From Eledone cirrhosa (taxonomy: Eukaryota): a stretch of 64,000 nucleotides of DNA. The position numbers and the translations under genes were made by a program. A model generated the notes under the pieces. That model worked only from the letters and a program-made list of their open reading frames with translations. It had not been told where the DNA came from and ran no database searches. How positions within the stretch are numbered: position 1 is the stretch's first letter; the number at the start of each line of letters is the position of its first letter. Shown piece by piece: positions 25,935-39,084 of this stretch. The stretch covers positions 51,150,001 to 51,214,000 of the forward strand of contig OZ024751.1 in NCBI GenBank assembly GCA_964016885.1, given 5' to 3'.

Positions 25935-27050
25935 GTGTGTCATGAGATATTAACCCTCACTGACTCATACAAAGCTGTGTTGTAAGATGATCCCTCTCAC
26001 TCATATGTGTAGATGTGTTGTGAGACTTTCACCTATGAATTGTGTGTAGCTGTATTGTGAGATGTAATAAAGACATGCATTGCTGACTCATGTGTGCGTT
26101 GTGAGTTACCCTCATTAATTCAGGTGTAGTTGCGTTGTCAGATATTATCGCTCACTGACTAACGTGTAGCTGCATTGTGAGATCTCACTCCTGACTCGTG
26201 TGTAGATGTTTTGTGAAATGTAATAGATACACTCACCACTTACTCATGTAGCTGTGTTGTGAGATGGCCCTCATACTGACTTATGTGTAGCCCGTGTGTC
26301 ATGCCTCATTGACTTATGATATATTGTGAAATGGGATAGGGACATTCCTCACTTACTTATATATAACTGCATTGTGAGATGGCTCCCTTTGCTACCATAT
26401 ATATCTGCATTGTGAGATGACCAACCTTTACTCATTCCTGTGTAGCTATGTTGTGGAGATGATAAGATGACTCCCTTCACTGACACATGTGTAGCTGTGT
26501 TGTAAGACAATCCCCTGCGATTTGAGTTTAGTTGTGTTGTGAGATGTCACAAGTTACACATATGTGTGTTGTGAAATAACTCCTTCCACTCATGTGTATT
26601 CCTGTTGTGAAGTAACTTTCCATACGTATGTGTGTAGCTGTGTTGTAAGATAACTCCGGCCACTCATATGTATCTGTGTTGTGAGATGTCTCTCTCTTCA
26701 CACATGTCTAACTGCATTGTCAGTCATCTCTCATTGGCTAATGTATAGCTGTGTTGTGAGGTGACTTCCTTCAATCATATATGTATCTGTGTTGTGAGAT
26801 GTCTCTCTCTCTTCACACATGTCTAGCTGTGTTGTGAGTCATCCCTCATTGGCTAATGTATAGTGTTGTGAGATGACTTCCTTCAATCATATATGTATCT
26901 GTGTTGTGAGATGTCCTTCTCCACACATGTCTAGCTGTGTTGTGAGTCATCCGTCATTTGCTCATGTATAACTGTGTTGTGAGATGTCTCTCCTCGTTCA
27001 TGTATAGCTGTGTTATAAGTCATTGATTCATGGGTAGCTTGTTGTGAAAT
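25935..27050. repeat. Degenerate ~38-bp minisatellite (core TAGCTGTGTTGTGAGATG) with a ~113-bp trimeric higher-order repeat at its right end
   Basis: About 25 core motifs. Trimer blocks start near 26666, 26780 and 26892. Confidence 0.88.
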
Positions 27051-27564
27051 ATATAGTAAACAATTAAAAGTCATTTGCTTGTTTATATATATATATTTCC
27101 AAGCAATGACTTCAATGCTTTGCATTTAGTTTTGTTTTTTTTTGCTTATTTTTTTTTGTGGGGTTAAAAATCTACAACTATTACTGGATAAACAGGACAA
27201 ACTTAACGAGACTTTATTGGACACAACTGGACTAAACCAAATAACCAAATATCAATGGGGAAACTTTCATGACTGAAACATGTAATTCAACAATGGTAAA
27301 AGTATCAGCTGGAAGTAAAAAAAGAATGGGGTGTGGTACCATTATTTTGTGTCGCTGTAATAACAGAACTTCTTAAACTCCTCCTCCTTACTCGCAAATT
27401 TTTCCCAGATTTTTCTTCATCAATAACTGCTATTTGAGGCACATTATCAAAATGCTAAAAAGCCATTGTTTGGGATAAACCAAACTCTTTAATATCAGTT
27501 TAATACTCCTTGTGTGTGTGTGTTTTGTAGTTTTTATTATAAATTTTTGTCAATTATTTAAATT

Positions 27565-27605
<41 letters not shown>

Positions 27606-27817
27606 AATATAAAAGAAAGCATCATCATTATCATCATCATCAGCTTAATTTTTAATATCAAAAGAAATCATTATAATCTTAAAATAAATAGTTATTATTA
27701 TTATATAAAGCCACAACCAACATGTTTATAATCCTTGTGATTTTAGTATATGAAGGGCTGAGAGGGGATATGGGGCCAATAAAGCAACAATTATTATCAT
27801 TATTTACTGAGAGGATG

Positions 27818-28044
27818 GGAAGTCAACTTTGCCTTTCATCCTTCCAGAGTCAATAAAATAAAGTACCAGTCATACTGGGGTTGATATAATTGACTTTCCC
27901 ATCTCCCAAAACTGAGGGCTTGTGTTCTTTAAATCAGACACCATTATTTGACTTTGCCTTTCATCCTTATGGGGTCGATAAAATAAAGTACCAGTAATGC
28001 ACTGGGTAATTGCTGGTCTTGTGCCTAAAGTAGAAATAATAATA

Positions 28045-28075
<31 letters not shown>

Positions 28076-28125
28076 GGGCGGTGGATTGGCAGTATTGGTA
28101 GAACGTCAGACACCATGCTTTGCAT
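27818..28125 (+). mobile_element. Head-to-tail SINE family A fragments
   Basis: Two 3' halves (CTTTGCCTTTCATCCTT..GTCGATAAAATAAAGTACCAG), then (ATT)n, then a tRNA-like head AGGGCGGTGGATTGGCAGTATTGGTAG truncated by (TA)n. Confidence 0.8.
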
Positions 28126-28230
28126 GATATATATATATATATATGCAAAAGTTCTATTTAAAATTGCTGGGATACAACAAGTAAATATTTTTATAACTGA
28201 TATAAAGCACTCAACAAATTTTTGGAGTAG

Positions 28231-28610
28231 ATATACGATATTAATAAATGGAAACTATATTTATAAAACCATATTTATTTCATTATACATATTTCAGGGA
28301 TACCACATTAAATTATGGTATGCCTTCATCAGACAAAATACAATATATGTCTTTGTTCTTTTCTCTTTCTTTCTCTCCGTCTTTTTCTAATTGTGCTTAA
28401 CACTATGACTTATTATATGAACAAATCACTATCCAGACAGCCTCCAAAAGTAATGGTTGTATTTTAAAGGGTACGTCAAACCTATTTGTAAAACTGTTAT
28501 ATATTGTATTTTGTCTGATGAAGGCATACCATAATTTAATGTGGTATCCCTGAAATATGTATAATGAAATAAATATGGTTTTATAAATATAGTTTCCATT
28601 TATTAATATC

Positions 28611-28616
<6 letters not shown>
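28231..28616. mobile_element. Fold-back element: 118-bp inverted arms (28231-28348 / 28499-28616) with a degenerate hammerhead motif
   Basis: Arms are reverse complements with a 150-bp spacer. The right arm contains UUGU CUGAUGA AGGCAUACCA..UGGUAUCCC UGAAA UAUGU AUAA (28511-28564). Abuts (TA)n. Confidence 0.75.
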
Positions 28617-28655
<39 letters not shown>

Positions 28656-29400
28656 CATATATATATATATATATATATATGTGTGTATATATATATATAA
28701 AAGAGAAAACACATATATATATATATATATTTATATACTTATATATGTATAATATATGTATACACACACACACACATATCTTAACCATTTTGATTATGGT
28801 AATTAGTATTAGTTTTCTTTGTCATCTGAAACCACATTATGAGCTATTATAATTGGATTTACTAATTATAATGTAAGTAAAATTGTGTTTGTTTTTAAAT
28901 GTAATTTTACTTGCTATGTTTTGATTTACTAAATATAAATCTTTATTGACTAAATATAAATATTATACTTGCTAGCATGGAAACCAGTCATTAAATAATG
29001 GTGATGAATATTGTGTAAATGATGCTCTGAAAACTTGGTTAATGGTTGTTCAGCCTTTTACCACATAATTGAATTAAGATAATTTATTTCAATTTGTATT
29101 TTCCGAAAAGCTTGCAAAACAAAGGGTTGGGTGGACCCTTCAGTTGTATAAAAGACATGACATCCTACCTAGTGTTGGTGATCAACAAAATAAAAGCACA
29201 CAGTATGTAAAGTTGTTGGTGTTAGAAAAAGAATCTAGCCATATAATGCTTGCTTTGCCTTCTCGTAATTGACTGTACTTGGGATGTGGGTGGCCATGCT
29301 TCAGTACTGACTTGGTTTATGTAGACACATCCAACCTTTGTTAGCAGGGAAAGCAGATGTCAAATGATGATATATATATATATAAATATATGTATATATG

Positions 29401-29484
<84 letters not shown>

Positions 29485-30699
29485 CACACGCACGCGCACA
29501 CACACACACAAATATATATATACACATATGCATACTCACATTCTCAGATATACAGACTCACATTTGCCATACATAATAACCCTCTTTCCTTGTTTGCTTG
29601 GTTGTAAGGTAATATGATCTATATTGTTGTGCCATATTCTCATTAACCTAATGACAATTAAGTAATCATTACCATGTTTATATTTATTTTAGTTGTTATT
29701 ATTGTTATTGTTGTCTTTATGTTTCTTTTAGCTGTTATTTTTATTATTGTTGTTATCCATGTTATTGTTGATCCAGTACAATATAACGAGGTAAGCTGCT
29801 GAAGCCAGACTTGTGGTTTCAATTTTCATTCAATGCAGAATAATTACATGAAAAAATACTTATGACCCATGAGTACAAAACAAACAAACAAACAAATCAT
29901 TTTAAAAATCAATAAAAATAAGGCAAAGCAAGGCATTAATATCATAGTATCCCAATAGCTAAAAGTGGTTGGTGATAAGATGGGAATCCAGCCATAGAAA
30001 ACCTGCCAACAAAAGATTAGGAGGACTCTTCAACTGTGACAAAGGCATGGCATTATGGTGATAAGAATTTTTGTTACTAATTAAACAACAAAAGCAAATT
30101 ATTTGATAGAATCAATAATCAATAGTCTGAGGAATATCATAAGAGTTTTTCTTGGCAAAAAATTATCCAAGATCACAGTTTTGTCCTTTATTTTTGAATA
30201 CAAATCCTGGCGTTATTATACAAAGATACATGTTGGTTGTTATAATAACAACATTTCAGCTGTTGCACCCTCCAGCCCTTTTCAGGTGCCTGTTGTATTT
30301 GGAAATGTTGTTGAGAGTTCAAATTGAACCTTTTATTCAAACTACAGGCATAGATTTTTCTCATCCTGTTTTCTATGTCTGGAGTATCTTCATAATAATT
30401 ATCAATTACTTGTGATTTGTGTCCTTCATCTGCTTAAAATATAGTATATATCATCAAAAGTCCAACAGGTATCAATTTGATTTTTATATATTTCAGCTTT
30501 AATACATTTAAGTACTATCAATACGCTGGGGTTGATGTTTAATTAGCCACATATCTGATCAAAATAGAATATTACAGCGGCGTAAATTTGGTTTTAAGTT
30601 TTATATATCACCTATTTCTCTAACTTTTCCACTCATTGTACTTGGTTTAATACCAAGGGAAGCAAGTAATATAATAAAGACCATTTTGTTTCTCCAAAG

Positions 30700-30960
30700 C
30701 CCGGATGTTCATCAGGCCAGTTTCCAGGTTTTCTCAGCATTAAGTGACTAAGACTACAAATCAGCCCACTGGAGAGGATGTTAGTCTATCACAGGGCAAA
30801 CCCCCAGCTACTGCTGGTACTCATTTTCAACTGAGTGTACTGGAACAACAGGAAATAAAGTGTTTTGCTCAAGGACACAATATGTCATCTAGTCCAGGAA
30901 TTGAACCCATGATATTATGATCGTAAATCCAACACTCTGACCACTAGGCCACATTGCCTT
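30700..30960 (-). mobile_element. Older tRNA-derived SINE (family B-like head and core)
   Basis: Reverse complement has A/B-box-like GTGGCCTAGTGGTCAGAG..GGGTTCAATTCC and core GTGTCCTTGAGCAAAACACTTTATTTC. Confidence 0.65.
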
Positions 30961-31555
30961 ATGGAGTCTATTGTTTAATTCAAAACAGAACAAAAGAAAT
31001 TTATGATCATCATCATTATGAATATAATCAGTGGGTCAATCACTCCTGTTGTGATCTTCGACTCTTATCAAGGTAACTCTCGTCTACCAGCAGCTAGATG
31101 TTTGTGTGGTTTGTCCAAAGTCTATTGTAGCATCTTTCATTCCTAGAAGTAAAGATTATTTTCCTTGTATCGCATTTCATGTGGAAATGTAAGAAATACT
31201 ACCCCACATCTTTGTTTTTTGTTGCCATTTTGAGATCTCTTTTTAGTTCATTAATTGTTTATATTTTATTTTTATCTTACAAACTACTTATTTAATGTTA
31301 GAGTCTGTTTCATTATTGAAGACTCAGGTTTAAAAGATGATGTTTCCCTGGTCATATATCTGAATCAGATGGACCTCCATTGGTTTAAACAATGAAACTT
31401 CCAGTTGTTTAATCAACAAAACAGCCTGCTGATGAAATTAACACATATGTGACTGAGAATCCACAGACACTTATACCATTAACATAATTCTCAGAGAGAT
31501 TCTTTAGTATGACACAGTGTGTGACATAGATGGCTCTTTGACTTACAACTACAGT

Positions 31556-31890
31556 CCATCAAATCGGCTTCTAAATAGTGTCCCATCAAATCGGCTTCTA
31601 AATAGTGTCCCATCAAATCGGCTTCTAAATAGTGCCCCATCAAATCGGCTTCTAAATAGTGTCCCATCAAATCGGCTTCTAAATAGTGTCCCATCAAATC
31701 GGCTTCTAAATAGTGTCCCATCAAATCGGCTTCTAAATAGTGTCCCATCAAATCGGCTTCTAAATAGTGTCCCATCAAATCGGCTTCTAAATAGTGTCCA
31801 TCAAATCGGCTTCTAAATAGTGTCCATCAAATCGGCTTCTAAATAGTGTCCATCAAGCCAACTTCTAAATAGTGTCCATCAAGCCAACTT
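31556..31890. repeat. 27-bp tandem minisatellite CCATCAAATCGGCTTCTAAATAGTGTC, ~12.5 copies
   Basis: Direct reading; no spacers between units. Confidence 0.97.
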
Positions 31891-32028
31891 CATTTACAAG
31901 GCATGGATCGACCTGAGGCTACAATAAATGACAATTGCCCAAGATGTTACATAATGGGATTGGACCCAGTACCTAATGATTGATTGTTTAAAATAGTGAT
32001 GATGATGATATATAGTAAATGCGTATTC

Positions 32029-32236
32029 TTAACACTTTAGCATTTAATTCAGCTGTATCTGGCCAGAATTCTCTCACTTCTTTCTGTTCAAACTAGCCGT
32101 AACTGTCCACACATCCTGTTGTTAAGGTATTGTTCTCAAAATTAATATCAAAATTTCATAGATTCAATATTATATGAGATAATTATGTGAGGTAAAGCCT
32201 TTACCATGAAAATACAATAGTAAATATAGAGTTAAA
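32029..32236 (+). mobile_element. piggyBac-type MITE copy
   Basis: TTAACACTTTAGCATTTAA start and internal match to 59943-60143. Confidence 0.75.
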
Positions 32237-32932
32237 TATAGGGTTAAATATATAAGTTATGTTGTATATTATATATGTTATATAATAAATATGAATAAAA
32301 ACAATAAAAGCCAAGCCAAAAAATGGAGCATTCAAGCAAGACATAATCACCAGACCTATCTGGCTTCATAATGTAACAGCCTGTTAAACCCATGCAAACT
32401 TGGAAAATGCCATTAAATGGTAATGATGATGATAATGATCAAAACACTTGAGCTAGGTGCTCCTTCATGTTTTATCAAGTCTTTGTTGTCTGCCTGCAGG
32501 AGTGAGCCCTGCTAGTTGAAATGACTATTTCAATACATCTCCCTCTCTCTCCTCTGAGGTAATGCTTTCTCCATCCTCTCCGCTGAGACCACAAGGCAGC
32601 TTCTGTCTAGGGTTCTGCATTCTGCCACACCTTTCAGATTTATATCATTAGGGTAACAATGATTGAGTATTTTTTCTCATAGTCCTATGCACAATAATTT
32701 TCAAATGCAAAATGTTAACTGATGTAACAATATCATAGATAATATGTGGCAGATTTTGCTGACATTACAGATTACATCTTGTATATCTATATATATATAT
32801 ATATATAAGAAACAGGGGCTGTGTGATCTCCAGCAGACAACTGATGAAGGAAAATTATCCAACATCCGTGCTTTCCTCTTATATATATATATATATAGTA
32901 GTTACATACTTTAAATATGACCCAAGCCCCTA

Positions 32933-32972
<40 letters not shown>

Positions 32973-33681
32973 CACACTCATATAAATTATATCCGAGTTG
33001 GATGTCTAAAAATTATTACTGTTGGGTTTAGTCCTCTCCAATGTAAACAACATCATCAATAGCAACAGAAACAAAAATCATAATTAACAGAACGACAACA
33101 ACAATAAAAAAAAATGATTTCCATATTAATTTTTTTAATGTTTTTTTCTTTTTCTACACATTCGAACAATATTTACACAATATCAATTCCACTGTATTAT
33201 TGATTCTTATATTATAGATCCCTGCATGGTTGATCGATGGAGGGATTTGAACATGGAATCTAAAGAAACAAATCTAAATATTTAATCATTTCATCCGATC
33301 CTTGACATTCTCTCTGTGTAAACTTCGTGATTAGTAAACTTTAATGTTTTCTTTAATGCTTTTCAGACCAGCTCACTGAAGACTACATCTGATTCCTTGG
33401 TACAAAAATGTCTATTTTAATGTGATCTTATTTAGATTTAAAGATTCCATCATAATTTTATGTAGGATAATTTTTGTCAAATTATTTTCCTACATGGTCT
33501 CAATTTTTAGAATAGTTTTAAGAGTTGTAAGAATTCCCTAAAAGGGTTGGCACCAGGAAGGGCATCTGGTTTAAAACACTACCTCAAAAAGATCAATCTA
33601 ATTCCTGCAATCATGGAACAGTGGGCATAAAAGCAATGTTGATGATGATGATGATGATGTATAAGTTCCAAATACTGGTTT

Positions 33682-36600
33682 AATAATTGTTTCTACTTTT
33701 GGCACAAGGCCAGCAATTATCCCAGTGTATTACTGGTACTTTATTTTATCGACCCTGTAAGGATGAAAGGCAAAGTTAACCTCGGCAGGATTTGAACTCA
33801 GACCCTCTACCGATACTGCCAATCCACCGCCCTTACTCGTTTAATAATTGTTTCTATTTTTAGGTACAAGGCCAGCAATTACCCAGTACATTACTGGTAC
33901 TTTATTTTATCGACCCCATAAGGATGAAAGGCAAAATTAACCTCGGTGAGATTTGAACTCAGATCATAAAGGGACGTAACTCTATGCTTCAAAGCATGGT
34001 GTCCGACTCTCTACCGATACTGCCAATCCGTTTAATAATGATTTCTAATTTAAGCACAAGGTCTGTAAATTTGGGGGAAGAGCAAAATTGTTTAAATCAA
34101 CCCCAGTACTTGACTGGTATTTTATTTTATCAACCTCAGAAGGATGAAAGGAAAAGTTGACCTTGGTGAGATTTGAACTCAGAACGTAAAAAGCCAGAAC
34201 AAATACTGTAATGTTATTTTACCCAATGCTCTAGCAATTCTGCTAATTTGCCACACTGGTTGAATAATAAAGATGCTATTTTTTAACACTTTGTCGAGAA
34301 GAAATGCAGTGCTCATGACCTTTTTTTGGATCTCTGAAACTGATGGAAGGGAGGAAACCTTGCCTGAGTGCTTGCAACATATTTGACTCTATCAAAGCCA
34401 CCCAAGAACCTGGTGTTTGAGTTAAACTGAGTAATGGATTAAATATATTACCAAAGATTATATATACCACCCAGTTTTATTTTACTTTTTCCTCAAAATC
34501 TTGACTAGCTTGAAAATTGATTAAAACACACAGGCAGTGTATTTAATTATGATAAGAAACATTTTGTTATGTTACATTTCAAATACTAGTTTAATAATGA
34601 CAGTATCAAATATTTTACAAAACCTTCCAAATTCTTAATTATTTTAAAGACTAATTGAAACATGCAGAAAGTGTATATAATTAGGAGAACAATAATAAAA
34701 TGATTAAATTAAAATCTCTTGTCATAATTTCATGTAAGACTATTTTTGTTAAGTTATGTTCTAAATAGTGGTTTAATAATAATATCAAATATTTTACTAA
34801 ATCCTTTCAAATTCTTGATTATTTTTAAAATTAAATGAAAAATGACAGAGTATTTAATTTGAGATGTAACCAAGAAAGGGCTGTGTAATCTTTACAATAA
34901 CCAATGCAGTATTTAGTCATATTTCTGTATGTTTTGTGATCAGATCCAACAGAGATAGAGATGGGTGTGTCAAATATAAATCTGTTCATTTCTGATCTCA
35001 ATATATTTGACAACGTTCTTTTACTCCTTAATTGGTTCTAGCTGGAAGGTTGTGGCCATTTTGGATGGGGAATTGCCATTACATAGGGGAGGGAATTAGA
35101 CTGGTACATTATATTTCAAACCCTGAAAGGACAAAAGGCAAAGTCGACTATGGCAGGATATGAACTTTGGATGATTACAATAATAACGTATAACATGGGC
35201 ATAAGACTACAAATTTAGGAGGAGAGGGTTAGTCGATTAAATACACTCTAGTATTTGATGGGTACATTATTTTATTGACCCTGGAAGAATGAAAGGCAAA
35301 GTTAACCTCAGAAAGGTTTGAAAACAACACAAAAAGCTAGAACAAATGTCACAAATCATTTTGTCCAATGCTACACCAATTCTGTTAGTGGCTTGATATT
35401 CATTTGGCCAAATTTTCTGGTTAAATAACATCAATAACTGAGATATCAAATCCATAATAATAATAACAATAATAATTCCACACATTAGCACAAGGCTAGC
35501 AATTTGGGGTAAGGAGAAATCAATTATATCGAACCCCAGTACTTACCTGGTACTTTACTTTATCGAACTTGGAAAGATGAAAGGCTAAGTTGACCATGAC
35601 AGGATATGAACTCAGAATGTAGAAAGTTGTAACTAAATATCACAAAGCACTTTGTTTGATGCTCTATTGATACTGCCAATCCACTGCTCAAATATGTAAT
35701 AATAATTGTTTCTATTTTAGGCACAAGGCCAGAAATTTTGGGGAAGGGGAAAGTCAAGTAAATTGACCCCAGTTCATTACTGGTACTTTATTTTATCGAC
35801 CCCGTAAGGATGAAAGGCAAAGCTAACCTCAGCGGGATTTGAACTCAGAACGTAAAAGGATGTAACTCTGTGCTGCAAAGCATGGTGTCCAATGCTCTAC
35901 CGATACTGCCAAGCCACCGCACTCAAATATGTAATAATAATAATAAAAGTAATAATTCTTTCTAATATTGGCACAAGGCCAGCAATTTAGGGGAGGGGGA
36001 AATCGATTAAATCGACCCCAATACTTTACTAGTGCTTTATTTTATCAACCTTGGAAGGATGAAAAGCAAAGTTGACATTGGCAAGATTTGAACTTGGAAT
36101 ATAAAGAACCAGAATAAAATAGCACAATGGCATATAATTCAATGCTTTACCAGTACTGCCAATCTACCACTCTGGTTTCTACTTTTGGCACAAGGCCAGC
36201 AATTACCCAGTACATTACTGGTACTTTATTTTATCGACCCCGTAAGGATGAAAGGCAAAACTAACCTCAGCAGGATTTGAACTCAGAATGTAAAGAGCCA
36301 TAACTCAATGCTGCAAAGCATGTAGTCCGATGCTCTACTGATTACAGCCAATCCACCAACCTCAATAATAATAATAAGGATTTCTAATCTAGGCACAAGG
36401 CCTGCATCTGAGGCCTGGTGGGACTTGAACTCAGAAAGTAAAATAAATGATGATGATAATAATAATGGTTTCTACTATAGGCACAAGGCCAGCAATATGG
36501 GGGAGGGGGAGTCGATTAAATCGACCCCAGTGCATTACTGGTGCTTTATTTTATCGACCCCATAAGGATGAAAGGCAAAGTTAACCTCAGCAGGATTTGA

Positions 36601-36785
36601 ACTCGGACTGTAAAGGGCCGTAACTATATGCTGCAAAGCATGGTGTCCAACACTCTCTACTGATACTGCTAACCCTCCACAATAATAATAATTGTTTCTA
36701 CTTTTGGCACAAGGCCAGCAATTATCCCAGTACGTTACTGGTACTTTATTTTATCAACCCCCGTAAGGATGAAAGGCAAAGTTAA
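33682..36785 (-). mobile_element. Array of about 12 co-oriented SINE family A copies (tRNA head + Meta-like central domain)
   Basis: Consensus (minus): GGGCGGTGGATTGGCAGTATCGGTAGAG (A box)..GAGTTCAAATCC (B box)..GTTAACTTTGCCTTTCATCCTTACGGGGTCGATAAAATAAAGTACCAG..GGCCTTGTGCCAAAAGTAGAAACAATT(ATT)n. Interrupted by unrelated DNA at ~34270-35040. The Meta-domain assignment is from memory of the consensus and unverified. Confidence 0.88.
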
Positions 36786-36788
36786 TAA

Positions 36789-36834
<46 letters not shown>

Positions 36835-37258
36835 TATTATTATTATAATTTCAGCTTTTCATGAAAGTTCAGTTTTTCTATAAATAAAATAAAATAAAAT
36901 ATAATTTTCAATTTGCCTTCACAGCAGAAGTATAATTACTTAGAAATTTTGATTAATCTATGAAATATAATAGTTTTTTTGTTCGATTCTTTTTTAAATA
37001 TTTTCTTCAATGGATTTCTTCCCATTTTGTGAAGGAAAAAAAACCCCAATAAATTGATTAAAAAAAAACAATTTCACATGTCATTTATTGATGAACCATA
37101 ATAGAAATTATCTATGAATGAAAAAATAACAAAAACAAAAACAATAACAATAACAATAACAAGAAAGCCGTGTGTTATAAATACATATACATACATACAT
37201 AGAGGTACTGGAATATTATGCTTTCAGTATACTCTCCTTTGTAGTTTTAAGATATGTG

Positions 37259-37291
<33 letters not shown>

Positions 37292-37403
37292 GTATTTATA
37301 ATTCTATATACATATATACATACACATATAGGCAAATATACATATATACATATAAATATATACATATATATATATATATGTATATATATATGTATATATA
37401 TGT

Positions 37404-37456
<53 letters not shown>

Positions 37457-37499
37457 TATATATCTATAGGTAAATATCTACATATATACATATAACACA

Positions 37500-37531
<32 letters not shown>

Positions 37532-38819
37532 CATATATATATATTCCGTGCTTTAACCAGCCTTGCCGTATCTCCTCCGGAGACTACATATTTTGATTGA
37601 AACAATTCGGTCATAGAATAAGAATAAAAGAATAACAAATAAAAAAAGCAAGGTTAACAACATAATATTAACAATAATAATAATAATAATAGTAATAATA
37701 AAAATAATAATAATCTTATTAGCAATCATGATGGTTTCTCACAGGGAATGCAGTCGTACAGTCTTCTGAATTGACATCAGAAGTCAATCAGTACTTTATT
37801 TTATCAACCCCCACCCAACAGGGATGAAAGGCAAAGTTAATCTCACCAGGGTTTGAACTTAGAACAAAAAGGGACATAACTAAATGCTGCAAGGTATTTA
37901 GTTAATTATTCTACTGACTCTGCCATTTCATCATGTTAATTGCAACAGCAGGGATTATATAGCATAATTAACAATTATAATTCTGCTTATCAATATCATT
38001 TCTTTTTTTCTCCTTTGTTTTTTGTTTTTTTGTGTAAGGCTACATATTTTATGGTGCGGGGTGGGGGGTGGGTGGGTAGATGTGGTGATGGGAGAGAGCC
38101 ACATATTTGTTGTATCATCCCTGGAATCAAACACCAAACAACTTGCTGCTACTTTCTGGGACTGGGACATAATGGACATTTATTTTATCAATCTTGAGAG
38201 GGTTGAAAGGGGATGTAAAGTCTGGGGATAATTTGAACCTAGAACACACAGGTCCATAACTAAATACCACACAAAGCAATTAGTCCAGCATTCTATCATT
38301 TCTTCAGCATCTCTAGCTTTGACATCATCACCACCACCATCATCATCGTCACCGTCACTACTGTCATTGTCATCCCCCACTATCATCATTATCATCATCA
38401 TTGTCATTGCTATCATCATCATCATCATCATCATCATCACCACCCTTACCATCATTATCATGACCATCGTTATTTCTTTCATAAATAAATAATAAATATA
38501 CAAAGAAATAATAATCAAATTCATCATCATCATCATCATCATTGTTATTATTATCATTATTGTAATAAAATATCATACAGCACTAGAGGTACGTTCTCTG
38601 CCAACAAAATACATGGTTTCATGTTAATTCCTAGCTGGAGCTATTTAATTTGTTGAGACCCATTGGAATGGCATGGAAGGAATCACTTTAAAACTAACTC
38701 CTCAAAAATAAAATAACACATTAGCAGGCTTCAGTTACATGTATAAAAAAAAAAAAAGAATTGACACAAGGGCTCTCATTTAGCAGGAGGGTAGATTATT
38801 TAGATTGTAACTGGTATAT

Positions 38820-39084
38820 ATTATCTTATTAACCTTCGACCCCGTAAGGATGAAAGGCAAAGTCAACCTCAGCGGGATTTGAACTAGGTGGATTGGCAGT
38901 ATCGGTAGAGGGTCGGATGCCATGCTTTCCAGCATAGTTACGTCCCTTTACGATCTGAGTTCAAATCCCGCCGAGGTTGACTTTGTTTTCATCCTTATGG
39001 GGTCGATAAAATAAAGTACCAGTAATGCACTGGGTATTTGCTGGCCTTGTGCCTAAAGTAGAAACAATTATCTTATTAACCTTC
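38820..39084 (+). mobile_element. Near full-length SINE family A with 18-bp TSD and an inverted internal SINE segment at its 5' end
   Basis: ATTATCTTATTAACCTTC at 38820-38837 and 39067-39084. 38838-38886 is the reverse complement of the B-box/central segment. Confidence 0.88.

Noticed and set aside
25935-27050. CRISPR-like appearance (conserved core with variable linkers)
   Set aside because: Linkers are related to each other and recur, cores are degenerate, there are no cas genes, and the context is eukaryotic.
31491-31816. Repeat ORFs (MGHYLEADL)n and (SNRLLNSVP)n, and possible CRISPR array
   Set aside because: A 27-bp tandem unit without spacers gives open frames trivially; later 26-bp units break the frame.
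32806-32882. Short island in (TA)n containing CTGATGAAGG
   Set aside because: No stem II partner or properly placed GAAA; at most a truncated remnant.
33682-36785. tRNA genes suggested by A/B boxes
   Set aside because: The boxes belong to SINE heads; there is no complete cloverleaf and they run into a shared SINE body.
37546-37640. Island after (TA)n with GAGACTAC..TTGAAACAATTCGGTC resembling a hammerhead 3' half
   Set aside because: No CUGANGA box and poor stems.
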